Shown here: in pieces, positions 9,299 to 22,434 of the stretch
Layout of the letters: each line of letters begins with the position of its first letter
Numbering within the stretch: the first letter of the stretch is position 1
Position numbers and translations under genes: made by a program
Notes under the pieces: generated by a model
What the model was told of the DNA's origin: nothing
What the model saw: only the letters and a program-made list of their open reading frames with translations
Database searches by the model: none
Assembly: GCA_963422375.2 (NCBI GenBank)
Contig: OY729427.2
Span: 1,600,001 to 1,664,000, forward strand
From: Bryobacterales bacterium
GTDB taxonomy: Bacteria; Acidobacteriota; Terriglobia; Bryobacterales; UBA6623
Reading direction: 5' to 3'
DNA: 64,000 nt

Positions 9299-10027
9299 AT
9301 GCCGGGCGGAGTCATCTACCTAGTCGCCACGCCGCTCGGGAACCTCGAAGACATCACGGCCCGCGCTCTTCGAATCCTCCGGGAAGTCGACCTGGTCGCG
9401 TGCGAGGATACCCGCCACACCGGGCGGCTGCTGAAGCATTTCGAAATCCACAAGCCTCTGATCAGCTGCCACGAGCGCAACGAGGCGCGCCGGGCCGAGC
9501 AAATCGTCGCGAGAGCGCTGGAAGGATCGGCCGTGGCGCTCGTCTCGGACGCCGGGACCCCCGCGATTTCCGATCCGGGCTACCGCGTGGTCCGAGCGGC
9601 CATCGACAGCCACGTGCCCGTCGTTCCGGTGCCGGGACCCAGCGCCGCCGTCACCGCTCTCGTCGCTTCGGGGCTCCCCACCTCCGGCTACCTGTTCAGG
9701 GGCTTCCTGCCTCCGAAGAAGGCCCGGAGGCAGGCGGCATTGCGATCCGCGCGGCTCGCTGACGCGACGACGATCTACTACGAGTCACCGCACCGCATCC
9801 TCGACACGCTGCGGGACCTGAATGACATTCTCGGAGCACGAAAAGTCGTGCTGGCGCGGGAACTCACCAAGCTGCACGAGGAGTTCCTGAGGGGCACGGC
9901 AGGCGCGATCTACGAAGAGATGGCGGGCAGGGCCTCGATCAAGGGAGAGTTCGTCGTGCTTGTCGGGCCGGAGGAGCGCGGGGCCGCGCGGTCGCGGCGA
10001 GCGCGCGAAGGCTCCCCGTCCTGCTGA
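9299..10027 (+). CDS. rsmI: 16S rRNA (cytidine1402-2'-O)-methyltransferase
   Basis: YLVATPLGNLEDIT, ACEDTR, VSDAGTPAISDPG, YESPHR, ARELTKLHEE. Confidence 0.95.
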   Translation: MPGGVIYLVATPLGNLEDITARALRILREVDLVACEDTRHTGRLLKHFEIHKPLISCHERNEARRAEQIVARALEGSAVALVSDAGTPAISDPGYRVVRAAIDSHVPVVPVPGPSAAVTALVASGLPTSGYLFRGFLPPKKARRQAALRSARLADATTIYYESPHRILDTLRDLNDILGARKVVLARELTKLHEEFLRGTAGAIYEEMAGRASIKGEFVVLVGPEERGAARSRRAREGSPSC

Positions 10028-10097
10028 AGCAGCCGGCGGCGGCGAGGGACCGAGACCTCCCCGGCTGCAGCCGCTCGCGCCCGGGTCCCGGGCGGAC

Positions 10098-11836
10098 TCA
10101 AGCCCTCGGCCCGGCCATGCGGTCGCTCAGCTTGAAACCCTCGTGCCAAGTCGAATCCGCGCCGGCCCCGATGCGGCGGATGACCGCTTCGACCATGTAC
10201 GGCTCGCCGCCGCGGACCGCCTGCCTGCCGCGCTTGAGAGCGCCCTCGAGCTCGGTCGGCGTGGTCGCGCGCTCCCCCATCACGCCCTGGCTGGAAGCCA
10301 GCTGCACGAAATCGATGTCCGGGTCGCCGAGATACATCCCCGCGTACTTCCCCGTGGCTGCCATGCGGCCGTTGTAGCGGTGGAAGCCGCCTCGGACGGT
10401 CTGGTAGTTGCGGTTGTTCCAGACGACCGTGCAGAACGGCACTCCGTAGCGCGCCTGGGACCAGAAGGCGCTCGACTGGTACATGACCGCGCCGTCGCCG
10501 ATCGAGCAGACCACCGTGCGGTCGGGGGCAGCGAGCTTGGCGCCGATCGCCGCGCCGAGGCCCCAGCCGAGCGAGTTGCCGGTGTACCCGATCCAAGTCG
10601 GGTCGCCGTCTCCGTGACCCCAGTGAAAGTTGTTGTGCTGGTTGTAACCCGAATGCACCTCTCCGACGACGATAGCGTTGCGGTCCACGGTCCGAGCCAT
10701 CACGTGCGTCATCTCGTCGGGATGCATCGGATCCAGGCCGAAGTTTCCCCGCGCGTTCGCATCGAAGCGGGTCCATATCCTCGCGGTGATTCCGCGAACC
10801 TTCTCGCCGCGATCTCTGCCGAAACCCTCCAGGCGCCCCCGCGGGATCCTGCTCTCCAGCGCGGCGTCCAAGTCGGCAAGGGACGCCTTGACGTCGGCGA
10901 CCAGCGCGAGATCGGTCGGGTAGTTGCGGCCCATGTTGCCCGTGTTCAGCCCGACGCCACCGGCACGCGGTACTTCTCCGCGAACGAGACCATCTCCGCC
11001 TGGGCGCCGGACTTCCAGACCTCGTCCCCGACCACGACGACTGGCCGCCTCGCACGCAGCAGCCAGTCGGCCGCCCGCTCAACCGCCGCTTCCTCAGGGC
11101 GAGGCCTGGCGGACATCAGGAACCGTTCCCCGGGCACGATCCGCGAGGTCACTCCCTTGGTCTCCAGCGCGCCGTTCGTCATCGCCAGGTAGACGGGTCC
11201 GCCCGGGGCGGTCGTCGCGACCCTGTAGGCCCGGCGCAGCATCATGACGAGGCTGCGCGCGTCGCGGGACTCCCAGCAGAACTTTGTGAACTGGCGCGGC
11301 ACGTCCTTCTGGTCGAAGCCCGGGCGGGGAGCCAGAATGCCCTCGTCGCTCCAGAGCTCGTTATCGAGCATCCCGGCGGTCACCACCACGGCCGACCCGT
11401 CGCGACTCGCGTTGTAGAGCTGCCCGCCCATCTGGGCCGTGCCGGCGATGACATGCACGTTGACGAAGGCCGGCTTGAGGCTCGCGCGATGGTAGCCGTC
11501 CGCCATGGCGACGACGATCCCCTCGTGCAAGCCCATGATGAGCGGGACACCGGACTCGACCTGGGCGTCGAAAAGGCCGACCTCGAAGGAGCCCGGGTTA
11601 GTGAAGAGGAACTCCGAGCCAGCGGCCTTCGCCTGGGCCATGACCAGCTCGCCGCCGCTGCCCGTCAATTCCCTCGCTCCTGGCGCCGCGAGGCCCGAAC
11701 CCTCCGTCTAGGCCGCGTCGAGCGACTCGAGCAGCGACCGAGTCGCCGCCACTGTCAGGCCGATTGACGCAAGCTCGCGCGCCAGGCCGCGCCGCGTCAG
11801 TTCCTTGTCGAAGAATTGTCGGACCAGATGCTGCAA
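10098..11836 (-). pseudogene. ThDP-binding enzyme (benzoylformate decarboxylase/acetolactate synthase-like) with Tat-like leader; disrupted
   Basis: Three collinear pieces: 11836-11708 (LTRRGL leader, then in-frame TAG), 11707-10946 (FTNPGSFE, GLHEGIVVAMADGY) and 10945-10098 (GDGAVMY...NN ThDP motif). Frameshift with apparent internal deletion near 10946-10955. Confidence 0.85.
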
Positions 11837-11937
11837 TTTCGAGCCCTCCGAGCGCGGATGCAACGCCATGATACGGCAGCAAGGGCCGGGCGGGAGCCCG
11901 CGCCGACCGCCGAGGCATCGGTTAACATGGGCCAATC

Positions 11938-12582
11938 ATGCGAAACCAGATCGCTTCCGTCGCATTGGCGCTCGCGCTGGGCGCGACGCTCGGCGCCCAG
12001 GACCGCCCCCGGCCGCGCGTTCTCGGACCCGCGTGGATCTCGCTGTTCAACGGCACGGACCTGACTAATTGGAGGAAGGTCGGCCGGGAGAGCTGGGAAG
12101 TGATCGACGGCGCAATCCTCGGCCAAGGAGTCACCAAGGAGTACGGCTACCTAGCCACGGAGCGCTCCTACCGGGATTTCCACCTGTCGCTGCGCTTCAA
12201 GTGCGAGGCCGACGGCAATAGCGGCGTCTACGTCCACACGACCTTCGACGGCGACTCCCCCCGCATCGTCGCCGGACGCCAGATCGAGATCGACCGGACA
12301 CTCGGCCGTCACACCGGCGGCATCTACGGAGACGGCAAGGGCTGGATCGCGTGGCCGTCCCCGCAGTACGAGACGGTGATCCGCCCGTTCGATTGGAACG
12401 ACATGCTCATCGAGGTCGAAGGGAACCACTACGTGGTCCATCTGAACGGGATCCGCGTGCTGGACTTCACCTACCCGTCTCCGGTCGCAGAGGAAGGGGT
12501 CATCGCCTTCCAGCTCCATTCGGGCGGCCAGGGCAGAATGCGTTTCAAGGACATCTTCGTCCGCGACCTGAGCGCCGACTGA
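11938..12582 (+). CDS. DUF1080 (3-keto-disaccharide hydrolase family) protein
   Basis: Signal peptide; WISLFNGTDLTNW, YLATERSYRDF, GNSGV, HTGGIY, G.IAFQLH, FKDIFVRDL. Confidence 0.9.
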   Translation: MRNQIASVALALALGATLGAQDRPRPRVLGPAWISLFNGTDLTNWRKVGRESWEVIDGAILGQGVTKEYGYLATERSYRDFHLSLRFKCEADGNSGVYVHTTFDGDSPRIVAGRQIEIDRTLGRHTGGIYGDGKGWIAWPSPQYETVIRPFDWNDMLIEVEGNHYVVHLNGIRVLDFTYPSPVAEEGVIAFQLHSGGQGRMRFKDIFVRDLSAD

Positions 12583-12602
12583 CCCGTCCGGCGCTTGTCG
12601 GC

Positions 12603-14024
12603 TCAGGCTAGGATGCCATCCACGATTTCGCCATGCACGTCGGTTAGCCGCATGTCGCGGCCGCTATAGCGGTACGTCAGCTGCTTGTGATCCAGGCCTA
12701 GAAGGTGCAGCATCGTGGCGTGCAAGTCGTGGAGGTGGACCTTGCTCTCGACCGCGAAGTAGGCGTACTCGTCCGTCGCGCCGTACGCCATCCCGCCCTT
12801 GACGCCCCCTCCGGCCAACCACATCGTGAAGCCGAAGGGATTGTGGTCCCGCCCGGTGGTTTCGTCGAACGCCCCCCCGTTCGTCTGGGCCGTCGGCGTG
12901 CGACCGAACTCCCCTCCCCAGACGACAAGCGTCGAGTCGAGCAGCCCGCGACTCTTGAGGTCCTTCAGCAGGGCCGCGATCGGCTTGTCCGTCGCCCTCG
13001 CGTTGACCCGGTGACCCTCTTCCAGGCGCTGGTGCTGGTCCCAGCGGTCCTGGCCCTTGCGTTGTGGCGTCAGCAGCTCGATGAATCGAACGCCCCGCTC
13101 GACCATGCGACGCGCCAGCAGGCACTGCCGTCCGAACTCGCTCGTGTCGTCCTCGTCCAGGCCGTACATCGCCTTGGTCGCCTCGGACTCGCCCACCAAG
13201 TCCAGCAGCTCGGGTACCGCGGCCTGCATGCGGAAGGCCAGTTCGTAGTTCGAAATCGTGGCCTCGATCCCGCTCACCGTGCCGAGGCGCCGGACCACGC
13301 CGCGGTTTAGCCTGCGAATCAGGTCCAGCTTGCCCGCCTGCACGGCGGTGTCGGACTCGAGCGGCACGATGTCGGCGATGGGGTGCTCCCCGCGACGGAA
13401 CAGGGTGCCTTGGTAGGAGGCAGGCAGGAACCCGCTGCCGAAGCAGTCCATCCCTCCCGGCGGTATCAGGCCGCTGTCCAGCACGACGAACCCCGGCAGG
13501 TCGTCGCACTCGCTGCCCAGCCCGTACGTGACCCACGCGCCCATGGAGGGGCGGCCCTGGAATCCCGAGCCCGTGTGCAGGAAGTAATTTCCGGCGGTGT
13601 GCTCGGAATGGTCGGCCACCATCGAGCGGATCACGCACAGGTCGTCCGCGCACTCCGCCACATGCGGGAACAGCTCGCTGACCCACAGGCCCGACTCGCC
13701 GTGCCGGCCGAACTCGAACGGCGAGCCGAAGACCTTGTCGGTGATGTTGAAGACGGTCGTCGGCAGCTCGGGCAGCTGGATCGGCTGGCCGTGCTCCTCG
13801 CGCAGCCGCGGCTTCGGGTCGAAGCTGTCCATCTGGCCCGGGCCGCCGTCCATGTAAAGGAAGATGACGCTCCTCGCCCGAGCCGGGAAATGCGGCGGCC
13901 GCACGGCCATCGGATCCTCGAGGCGGCTCGGCTCGGAGCGGGCCCGCTGCTCGGACATCAGGGCCGCGAGCGCCAGGCCGCCGAAGCCGTTGGCGCTTCC
14001 CGTCAGCCACTCCCTGCGTGTCAT
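12603..14024 (-). CDS. DUF1501 (sulfatase-like) protein, Tat signal
   Basis: [85 protein letters not shown]. Confidence 0.92.
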   Translation of the reverse strand: MTRREWLTGSANGFGGLALAALMSEQRARSEPSRLEDPMAVRPPHFPARARSVIFLYMDGGPGQMDSFDPKPRLREEHGQPIQLPELPTTVFNITDKVFGSPFEFGRHGESGLWVSELFPHVAECADDLCVIRSMVADHSEHTAGNYFLHTGSGFQGRPSMGAWVTYGLGSECDDLPGFVVLDSGLIPPGGMDCFGSGFLPASYQGTLFRRGEHPIADIVPLESDTAVQAGKLDLIRRLNRGVVRRLGTVSGIEATISNYELAFRMQAAVPELLDLVGESEATKAMYGLDEDDTSEFGRQCLLARRMVERGVRFIELLTPQRKGQDRWDQHQRLEEGHRVNARATDKPIAALLKDLKSRGLLDSTLVVWGGEFGRTPTAQTNGGAFDETTGRDHNPFGFTMWLAGGGVKGGMAYGATDEYAYFAVESKVHLHDLHATMLHLLGLDHKQLTYRYSGRDMRLTDVHGEIVDGILA

Positions 14025-14080
14025 CCGCTCTCCATGTTAAGCGAAGCGTGCCGGGCCGCAACCGTACAATCGTGGAAGCA

Positions 14081-15166
14081 ATGGAGTTGAAAGTACTGGT
14101 CCTGCCCGGCGACGGTATCGGACCCGAGGTGACCCGGGAGGCCGTCCGAGTGCTCGGGCACGTTGCGGCCAAGTGGGGCCACGGGCTCAGCCTGCAGGAG
14201 GGCCTGCTCGGCGGGGTCGCGATCCGCGATACCGGCGGCCCGTTCCCGGAGGAGACGCGCGAACTCGCGCTGGCGTGCGACGCCACCCTGCTGGGTGCCG
14301 TCGGCCTGCCGGAATACGACGACCTGCCGCCGTCGGAACGCCCGGAGAAGGGCCTGCTGGGCTTGCGCAAGGCCTTGGACGTGTACGCGAACCTGCGCCC
14401 GGTCTACTGCTACGAGAGCCTGATCGAGTCCTCTCCCCTGAAGAACGACATCGTGCGGGGAACGGACATTCTGATCGTCCGCGAGCTGACGGGCGGGCTC
14501 TACTTCGGCCAGCCGCGCGGGGTGGAGGGCTCCGCAGGGGCGGAGACCGCCGTCAATTCCATGGTTTACACGAGCCGGGAGATCGAACGCGTCTGCCGCA
14601 TGGCCTTCGAGCTGGCGCGCAAGAGGCGCGGCCAGGTCACTTCCGTCGACAAGGCCAACGTGCTCGAGAACTCGCAGCTATGGCGACGGATCGCGAACGA
14701 GGTGGCGGCCGATTACCCGGACGTCCAACTCGAGCACATGCTGGTGGACAACTGCGCGATGCAGCTCCTGCTGCGCCCGACCCACTTCGACGTCGTCGTG
14801 ACCGAGAACCTCTTCGGCGACATTCTCAGCGACGAGGGCTCGGTGCTGGCCGGATCGATCGGCATGCTGCCGTCGGCGTCGATCGGCAACCGCCTCCCGA
14901 ACGGCGCTTGGCAGGGCCTGTTCGAACCGGTGCACGGATCAGCTCCGGATATCGCAGGCCAGGGCAAGGCGAACCCGCTGGCTGCGATCGGATCCGTGGC
15001 GGCGATGCTGAACTACAGCTTCGGCCTGACCGACGAAGCGTCGGCGGTGGAAGCGGCGATCCGCAGCGTCCTGGAAAGCGGACGGGTGACGGCTGACCTC
15101 AAGCCGAAGGGCCGGCCCGCTTCCACTAGCGAAGTCGGCCAAGCAATTCGCGATGCCATCGGCTGA
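14081..15166 (+). CDS. leuB: 3-isopropylmalate dehydrogenase
   Basis: [64 protein letters not shown]. Confidence 0.97.
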   Translation: MELKVLVLPGDGIGPEVTREAVRVLGHVAAKWGHGLSLQEGLLGGVAIRDTGGPFPEETRELALACDATLLGAVGLPEYDDLPPSERPEKGLLGLRKALDVYANLRPVYCYESLIESSPLKNDIVRGTDILIVRELTGGLYFGQPRGVEGSAGAETAVNSMVYTSREIERVCRMAFELARKRRGQVTSVDKANVLENSQLWRRIANEVAADYPDVQLEHMLVDNCAMQLLLRPTHFDVVVTENLFGDILSDEGSVLAGSIGMLPSASIGNRLPNGAWQGLFEPVHGSAPDIAGQGKANPLAAIGSVAAMLNYSFGLTDEASAVEAAIRSVLESGRVTADLKPKGRPASTSEVGQAIRDAIG

Positions 15167-16108
15167 GCGCGGCCAGAGAAGGCGGAGCCTCTGCGCAGAG
15201 GAACGCCGTCCCGCGGGCGGCCGTCCAAGGAGTACACGTGCGGATCGGTCGGCTTTCCGCGGGCGAAAGGCGTGGCGGGCCGGTCGCTGCCGAAGGACTC
15301 CTGTCTAGGGTTACCGAACGACCGTCAGCCCCCGAGGCGGATGAACTCAGCGTCCTCCCTGCCGGTCGGCTGGCTTGGATCTCGGCCGACCAAGCCGCAT
15401 GACATACGTCCACGCCTCGTCCCTAGAGGTCCGGCCCGCGTGCGGCGCGCCTCCGTCAAGCCAGGGGTGGAGCCGCTGCATTCCTCGGCTCTGCTCGCGC
15501 GAGACCGGAACCGCCCCGTTCCTCCCCAGCACGTGCCATTGCTTCGGAGCGTCTATGGAATCGCGGTCCGAAATCGAGACGACGGGCGCGAGACCCAGCT
15601 GGCCCTCGATCTGGCCTGCCGCGATGTCGAGGGCCTGCCGCCGTGCCAGCGGGGACGTCCACCACATCCGGGACGGGTCCTCTTCCATGGAGCTGCTTCC
15701 GTACCGCCGACGCGCCGACTTGGCGAAGGAGCCAGCGATGCGCGACGAGAGCAGGCACCTGCCCAGAGGCAGGGCGCATTCCTTAGAATTCAGCGTATGG
15801 CTGAGCAACGACACGCCCGGCCTGAATCCGTCCGAGATGCCAGAGCGCCGGTCGCATTACGCCAGCTGCTCTTCCATCACTGCCTCCTGTGCGGCCCCGG
15901 CCCGCCCGCGTCCTGCGAGACCGAGCCGGACTGACCGGAACCTCGCTGCCAGCGTGGTAGGCCTAGACTCCAGTCTGGCGAAAGAGGGAAGAAGCGTTCG
16001 TGACGCGCTCGCAGGCAGGCGCTTCGACGGCAGGAGGCCCAGTCTCCCCGGGAGAGGCCTCGACGATTTCGTCCCGACACCTACAATGAAGGTCTAGCGA
16101 GGCTCCGC

Positions 16109-16477
16109 ATGTCCAGAATTGCTATCGGTTTCGGAACCGCCTTGATCCTGCTCGGGGTAGGATCGTACTTGCTTAGCGGTCAAGCTAGCCTGACCGCGCT
16201 GATCCCGGTGCCCCTGGGAATCGCGCTGATCCTGCTCGGCCTGCTGGCGCGGCGCGCTGACTCGACGAAACACGCCATGCATGCCGCCGCGGTCGTGGCG
16301 CTGGTCGGCTTCCTCGGATCGGCGAACGGCCTGCCGGCTGCAGCGCGCCTGCTGCTGGGGGGAGAGGTCGACAATCCCCTGGCCGCCGCGGCGAAGAGCC
16401 TGATAGCGGTGCTGCTGGCAGCGTTCCTCGGGCTCTGCGTCCGCTCGTTCCGGCAGGCCCGGCAGGCCCGAGCGTAG
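16109..16477 (+). CDS. Small four-helix membrane protein (hypothetical)
   Basis: Four hydrophobic segments; SLTALIP, KHAMH, CVRSF motifs; TACAAT upstream. Confidence 0.75.
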   Translation: MSRIAIGFGTALILLGVGSYLLSGQASLTALIPVPLGIALILLGLLARRADSTKHAMHAAAVVALVGFLGSANGLPAAARLLLGGEVDNPLAAAAKSLIAVLLAAFLGLCVRSFRQARQARA

Positions 16478-16490
16478 GAGCGGACAGGCC

Positions 16491-20082
<3,592 letters not shown>

Positions 20083-20159
20083 TTCCTAGCACCCTCTGAT
20101 CGTCCTGCGTTGTGCGTCTGTCTCCTACGACTCTTCACGTAGCGGGATTCGTTGTCAAG

Positions 20160-20340
20160 CTCCTTAGTAGTAGTAGGGTCCGTGGAATCGTGCGAAACTC
20201 GCGCAAGTCCTTTTGCGGCAAGACCTAGGCGCGCTAGCACCGTCGTGGAATACGGGCCGGGTGTTCCACGACGGTCACCGAGGTTGGAGCCTTCCACGGG
20301 TTTCCACAGGGTTTGCAGGAGCATGCAGTGGATAGACCAA
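20160..20340. other. oriC: Putative chromosomal replication origin (oriC) in the dnaA-dnaN intergenic region
   Basis: Minus strand reads TTTCGCACG/GATTCCACG (tandem boxes overlapping by 1 nt, 20181-20197), then GACC, then CTACTACTACTA (DnaA-trios, 20165-20176). Further box-like 9-mers at 20244-20252, 20262-20270, 20290-20298, 20300-20308 and 20327-20335. Confidence 0.8.
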
Positions 20341-20512
20341 GTATAGCTGATCATGTCGGCCCGCGCTAGCTAGGGAGGATCCCAAGAAGCGACCGGCGGC
20401 GGGACTCGGTCGGCACGGAAGCCTCCCCCGAAGGCAGGTCCCGCGCCGGCGCGGGGAGACCGCGAGCCGCCGCCCGGTCCGGACTCCGCGCCGGGACCTG
20501 GTCCGAACGCAA

Positions 20513-21844
20513 TCAGGAGGCCTTCAACCGAGCCGTCAGGTCCTCGATCTTCGCGCTCAGTTCCCGGTCGGTCTCGATTTGGGCTTCGATCTTCTGAACG
20601 GCATGGCGTACCGTCGTATGGTGCCTGTCGAAAGCCTTCGCAACGCCGGTAAGGTTAACCTTCGCGACTGTGCGGCTCATATACATTGCAACATGGCGGG
20701 GATTCGACATGTTGGGGGAATTATGTCTTCCCATGATCTGCTGGATTGTCACTTCGTATTCCGTAGCGACTAGTTCCTGAATCTGCTTGATTTCCGTGCT
20801 GGAATCCCGCGGCTGAGGCAGGTTGCTGAGCAGGGTCCTGGCCATGTTCAGCGAGATGCGGCTGTTGATGAAGCGCGCTCGCGCGATCAGTTGGTTCAAG
20901 GCGGCCTCGAGGGCGCGGATGTTGGAGCGCAGCCGCTGGGCGATGAACATGCGCACCTCCTCCGACAGCTCGATTCCGCACTCCGCTGACTTGCGGTCGA
21001 GAATCGCCATCTTCGTCTCGAGGTCGGGAGGCTTGATGTCGACCATGAACCCGCTGGAGAATCGCGACTCGAGGCGGTTGACGAGACCCCTGATGTGCTC
21101 CGGACCGGTGTCGCTCGACATGACGATCCGTCTGCCGTCGGTGTGCAGCGCGTTGAAGGTGTGAAAGAACTCCTCCTGCGTGCCTTCCTTCGACCCGATG
21201 ATCTGGATGTCGTCGACCAGCAGCAGGTCGGCCTTGCGGAAACGCTCGTGGAACCGCGGCATACTGTTGAAACGAATGGACTTAATCATCTCGTTCATGA
21301 ATTCTTCCGCGGTCACGTAGATCACGCGAAGCGAGGGCTGGCGGCGGCTCACGTCGTTCCCGATGGCCTGCAGCAGGTGCGTCTTGCCCATGCCGACGTC
21401 GGAATGCATGTAGAGCGGGTTCATGCCGTGCGACGGGTCCTGGGCGATGGACTTCGCCGCGGCGTGGGCGAGCTCGTTGCACGAGCCCACGACGAAGCGG
21501 TCGAAGGTGTACCGGTCGTTCAGGCGCGGCGGTTCCGGGCTGAAGTCGAAGCTCTGCTGGAGTGGCGCGTTCGCGGCCCCGTCGGTGTCCTCGGCGACGT
21601 CGATGACGACGGAGCGGAAGTCCAGCCCGAGTTTCCAGGCGATTGAGCGGATCTCGGTTTGGAACTCGGACTCCAGCCAGTGCTGCGCCTCGGCGGTCGG
21701 TGCGATTAGGTGCAGGATCTGGCGGTCGGTGAGCTCGCCGATGCGGACGGGCTCGATCCAGTTGCCGAAATTCTCTTCGCTTACAGAACCGCGAATGGCG
21801 GCCTGAATCCGTTTCCAGTCATTCATGTTCTTGTGATGGTCCAA
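20513..21844 (-). CDS. dnaA: Chromosomal replication initiator DnaA
   Basis: YTFDRFVVGSCNELA, NPLYMHSDVGMGKTHLL, LLLVDDIQ, TQEEFFHTFN, RLESRF, HHTTVRHA. Confidence 0.97.
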   Translation of the reverse strand: MDHHKNMNDWKRIQAAIRGSVSEENFGNWIEPVRIGELTDRQILHLIAPTAEAQHWLESEFQTEIRSIAWKLGLDFRSVVIDVAEDTDGAANAPLQQSFDFSPEPPRLNDRYTFDRFVVGSCNELAHAAAKSIAQDPSHGMNPLYMHSDVGMGKTHLLQAIGNDVSRRQPSLRVIYVTAEEFMNEMIKSIRFNSMPRFHERFRKADLLLVDDIQIIGSKEGTQEEFFHTFNALHTDGRRIVMSSDTGPEHIRGLVNRLESRFSSGFMVDIKPPDLETKMAILDRKSAECGIELSEEVRMFIAQRLRSNIRALEAALNQLIARARFINSRISLNMARTLLSNLPQPRDSSTEIKQIQELVATEYEVTIQQIMGRHNSPNMSNPRHVAMYMSRTVAKVNLTGVAKAFDRHHTTVRHAVQKIEAQIETDRELSAKIEDLTARLKAS

Positions 21845-21936
21845 TGGCAGGGATGAGAAGATGCCGGGTCGCCGATTCCTCCACTACTGACAGCTTAGGT
21901 GTGGGGTGGGCGATGGCCGCAAGTTGCGGACACCCG

Positions 21937-21945
21937 ATTGTAGCA
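21937..21945 (-). promoter_or_regulatory. Extended -10 promoter (TGCTACAAT) upstream of dnaA
   Basis: TGn-TACAAT on the minus strand about 95 nt upstream of the dnaA start, with an AT-rich tract further upstream. Confidence 0.55.
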
Positions 21946-22434
21946 GATGAAAGGGCACTGGTTCACGCTATGTCTAGCAGAGAAACATTTGGTTTCAAAT
22001 TGGTTAAGACCTGAATATACGGAGTTGTTTAAATCAAAACTAGGGACTCTTGGCTGGGTTCGATTCCCGAGTCGACACCAGCAAGCCTCCGACTCCCGCG
22101 AGGCGTCAAGCTGGTCCGCCGCGAAGTCGCGGCTGCGAGCGCCGGGACCAGGCGGGTCGGCGCGGGGCTGTCTCGTCCGAATCCGGACAGCACGCTGCCG
22201 TCCCGCTTGCGATGGCGCGGAATTGACAGTTTCTCAACCGCCGCGAGCAAGGGATTCCCGGGAAGAGACCTGCGGGCGACTTGTATGCGGACGATTCGCG
22301 CGGCGATGGGCCGGATGCGGCTAGGCCCGGCGCAGCTCCTGCCTCGGCCCCGGAGCTGGCAACTTGTTGCGGAATCAAGGCCTTCCGGCGCATGCTGCGC
22401 TTTCGACCTCAGGATGGCCGAGCCTGCGGTGCAG

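Noticed and set aside
21990..22080. tRNA-like pieces: TTGGTTAAGAC and GGGTTCGATTCCCGAGTCGACACCA
   Set aside because: The T-stem is mismatched, the acceptor 3' strand is one nt short with no pairing 5' strand, and there is no anticodon stem. Not a tRNA or tmRNA; at most a relic.
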